Shown here one piece after another: positions 61,130 to 64,000 of a stretch of DNA of 64,000 nt. The translations under genes and the position numbers were made by a program. The notes beneath the pieces were generated by a model that made no database searches, was not told the origin of the DNA, and worked only from the letters and a program-made list of their open reading frames with translations. Positions within the stretch are counted from its first letter, which is position 1. The number at the start of each line of letters is the position of its first letter. The DNA comes from Azolla caroliniana (lineage: Eukaryota > Plantae > Polypodiophyta): assembly GCA_043228905.1 (NCBI GenBank), contig JBHGNT010000012.1:12338001-12402000 (forward strand), given 5' to 3'.

Positions 61130-64000
61130 GTGACTAATCAAAGCCATACAACTCAAAAACCCTAATTTTCGAATTGAAGCTAAAAACCCTAATATTCTAA
61201 TTAAAATCCATATCTCATTTCTTCTAATCTATTACTCTAGCTATCTCCATTAACAAACTTTTTGTAATCCCAATCTTGGGATTAATTGTAATCTTTCTTT
61301 CTACTTGTTAATGAAATTTGTTAATCTATCTCATTTCGGTTAATTCTTAGTACATAAATACATGAATTTGATATCCTCTAATCAAAGGCCCCGGGGTCTT
61401 GCCTCAACGTTCACGTATCCTCGTCATATTTTCGCGACATCTTTGGTGAACCCGACGTGAAACAAGGTAGTAGGAGGATATCTTATGGAGGCATATAGAT
61501 ACAAAGAGCCGAAGAGATGCAAACTATTCGAGTTCGACCATTGGGTATCATCATTAAAGACCCACCAAAGTGCCATGCATGCTTTCGTTGAGTTCGAGTG
61601 TCACTTTGCACAACTCTCGGAGCGGGATCAAAGATTGGTGGGGGTGGAAAAAGTCCTAATGTTTGTGAAGTCAATCGATCAGAATGAAAGGAATGCCATT
61701 GAAATCCGACTTGAGGATGACAATGGTGCAAATTGCCTCACAGAAGATTGGACTAAATTAGAAAGAGTATGTCGACTTCACGATAAGAGGAAGACAAGAT
61801 TCTCATTGGCAACAACACAACCCAGGATGGATGGTGAAAGGAGTATAGGAAGCAACAATAAACTACCACCTAAAGAAGATAGCTTGAAGAGGGAAGGTTC
61901 GATGTTACTTGACATAGAGGCCTTCATAAACGAGGCATATGAGAAATTAAAGGTAAAACTCGAGGCCAAAGACAATCTTATAATGGAACCAAAACTGATT
62001 AAAATGGTTATCAAGGAAGAAGAGACCTCCCAACAAAGGTGGATTCATGATATGACCAATACGAAGGCCCAAGTTCGGTACGACAGCATCATAGGAAAAG
62101 ATGTGGAACAAGACGCCTTCTCGTCTTGCAAAGAAACAATGGCGAAGAATGAAACAAATGAATCAAGGGTGGCGAATGCCACTTCAAGCGAAGACAAATG
62201 TTTTGGAACACACATCGTGTCTGAAATATCAAGTGATGAAGGTGCTAGCATGAGCAAAGCTTCCATGATCGAGGGAGATAAAAGTGTGAGGCCGACATGA
62301 TTGATGAGATAGCCACGAAAAACGACATCGAGTCATAGCTGGCTAAGGACTAGTCAATGGCGGATGGCCGTGTCGAGACTTTCTCCACACTTGTTCCGGA
62401 GACTTGGGCAATTGCATCCGAGAACCGATGTAAGACCCAAGAGACGGAATGTGGCGGAGAGGGAGTGAAGGCTGAGGCTAACACATGCGAAGAAGAAGGA
62501 GACGTCAAGATGAAGAGGGTAGACGACGATCATGAAGAGACTTTCCCTACAAAAGTTCTTGATACTTGGGCATTAACTGATGTAAGACCCAAGAGATGGA
62601 AGGTGGCGGCAAAGAAACAAAGAGCAAAGCTAATACGAACAACCATAAGGTGGAAGTGGCAAAGAATAGCACGACAAAGGCAACGCCAAATTACAAAATT
62701 CCTCCACACTTGTTTGAGAGACTTGGGCATTAACCGATGTAAGACCTAAGAGATGGACGATGGCGGCGAGGAAGCAAGGGTTCAAGCCAATGTGTGCAAC
62801 AAGGAAGTAAAGCAAAGCAAAATGACAAAAGTCCATGCGTGCGACAAAGAGGTCAAGCAAAGCATGAAGACAAAAGCAAATGTGTGCAATAAAGAGACCA
62901 AGCAAACCTCAAAAAGCAAAGATGTGGGCCAAGTGGGCCAAGTGGATATGAAAGATGTGATCACAAAATCTAACAAGGATAATACTAGTGTAGAAGTCAT
63001 AGTCATCTCAAAGACGAGAGTATACCACAAAAGTGGACAAAGTGGGAAGCATGCGATGTGGTCACTTAAGGTCCTAGAGGAGAGCATGCCGCTAAAGAAC
63101 AAATCGCTGAGAGTACTCAACAATAGTATTTCGATAAAGCCTTTGAAAGGCATGCATGGAACAAGAAAGGATGATAAAAGAAACTTAGATGACCAAGGAG
63201 ATGGCCGAGATGAAGGTGGCACATGCATAAAGAGTGAAGCATTATGCTCTAGAGGAGCAAAGAGAGCCATGAAAATCGGTCATGGAAATGCAAAGACTGA
63301 ACGAAGAATATGGTGGATCGGATGACAATGGTGATTCGGGTACATCAATAAAAAAGTAAAGTAATAAAAAATGGAGCCTCACCAAAATTGGCACATACCG
63401 GTGGATGTGCGGGTTTGGTGAGGGTGAATGTCGTGTGAATCTTCTCACACTATGTAAAAAATAATAATAAATAATAAAATAAGTACTTTATATTAGCTTA
63501 ATGGCATGTTATAGAAGATGGATGTTTGAGAAGATAGGGAAAATAGAACTATTATTTATCCCACATAGATAGGAAACTTAAGGCCCTGGCTATATAAGCA
63601 CCTTGAGTCCCTCATTTTCATTTGTGCTAAGAGCACTTTGGCCACTTTGTCTTGATGGATGATGGTGGCTAAGTTCCCAAAAACCAGAAACCGATTGGCA
63701 AGCAAATCGGAACCGGGCCGACAAGCAAAATCGGGAATCGGGCTGGCAAGCAAAATTGGAAACCGGCCAGAAAGCAAAACCAGAAACCGGCCGATAAGCA
63801 AATCGGATCCGGCGGCAGAGCCATCGAGGCGGTGGCAATCAGTGACTGGACGGAACCGGCGACTGGACGAGGTTGGACGCAAACCGAACGGATAAAAGGA
63901 TCATGTGGCTAATTAAAGAAAGGTAAAAGAGACTAAAGTAAAGGTCATGTGGACGGTCGCATGCAACTAAAAGATAAAGCCATGCAACTAAAAATAGATG
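61130..64000 (+). mobile_element. Third pol-less tRNA-Trp Gypsy derivative, 3' LTR running off the window
   Basis: Partial 5' LTR ending gcgaca at 61439; PBS tggtgaacccgacgtga near 61444; ORFs 61485-62300, 62357-62749 and 62753-63325 (ends RRIWWIG); hairpin plus PPT 63391-63428; LTR tgtcgtg from 63429 with about 21-bp repeats at 63690-63810. Confidence 0.85.

Larger units (their letters stand above)
29194..61130 (+). mobile_element. Old non-chromoviral (Athila/Tat-like) Ty3/Gypsy element, base of the nest
   Basis: LTR about 29194-29826, PBS-like tggcacacccgg near 29835. gag 30130-31400, protease IINGGSGVNVI near 31840, RT split by the Copia insertion (32.7 kb / 37183+, KKNGKIRVCVDYRKLN), RNase H near 38.0 kb. 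Integrase HHCC split at 38612|61028 (HYAG|ETTA...GLWW...YCRQCDLCQ). Confidence 0.82.

Noticed and set aside
14067-63895. Many ORFs antisense to gag/pol fragments
   Set aside because: Opposite-strand shadows of identified retrotransposon coding regions.

Overview
Eukaryotic genomic DNA from a land plant, probably a seed-free lineage such as a fern or lycophyte (inference from gene and TE content). The left third holds two convergent intron-containing genes. One is a PSYR-like LRR-XI receptor kinase (+, 4035-8054, 2 exons). The other is a 10-exon SLC1/DAACS (EAAT/GltPh-fold) transporter (-, 9259-20841) with a non-canonical substrate/cation site and TE-filled introns. From about 22 kb to the end the window is a nest of LTR retrotransposons up to four levels deep, mostly delimited by target-site duplications (TSDs). 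The most unusual signal is a tRNA-Trp-primed Ty3/Gypsy family with five copies (one full gag-pol copy, one gag-protease truncation, three pol-less derivatives). It shows CpG-centred 4-bp TSDs, LTR pairs near-identical in U3 but divergent in a hairpin-punctuated U5, and a conserved antisense tRNA-like A/B-box module in U3. The pol-less copies carry a long charged repeat ORF fused to the Gag N-terminus where that region survives. A nested chromovirus derivative lacks RT, encodes an in-frame protease-integrase fusion and carries a hairpin-repeat/unique-spacer array. Coordinates were read by eye and may be off by a few bases.
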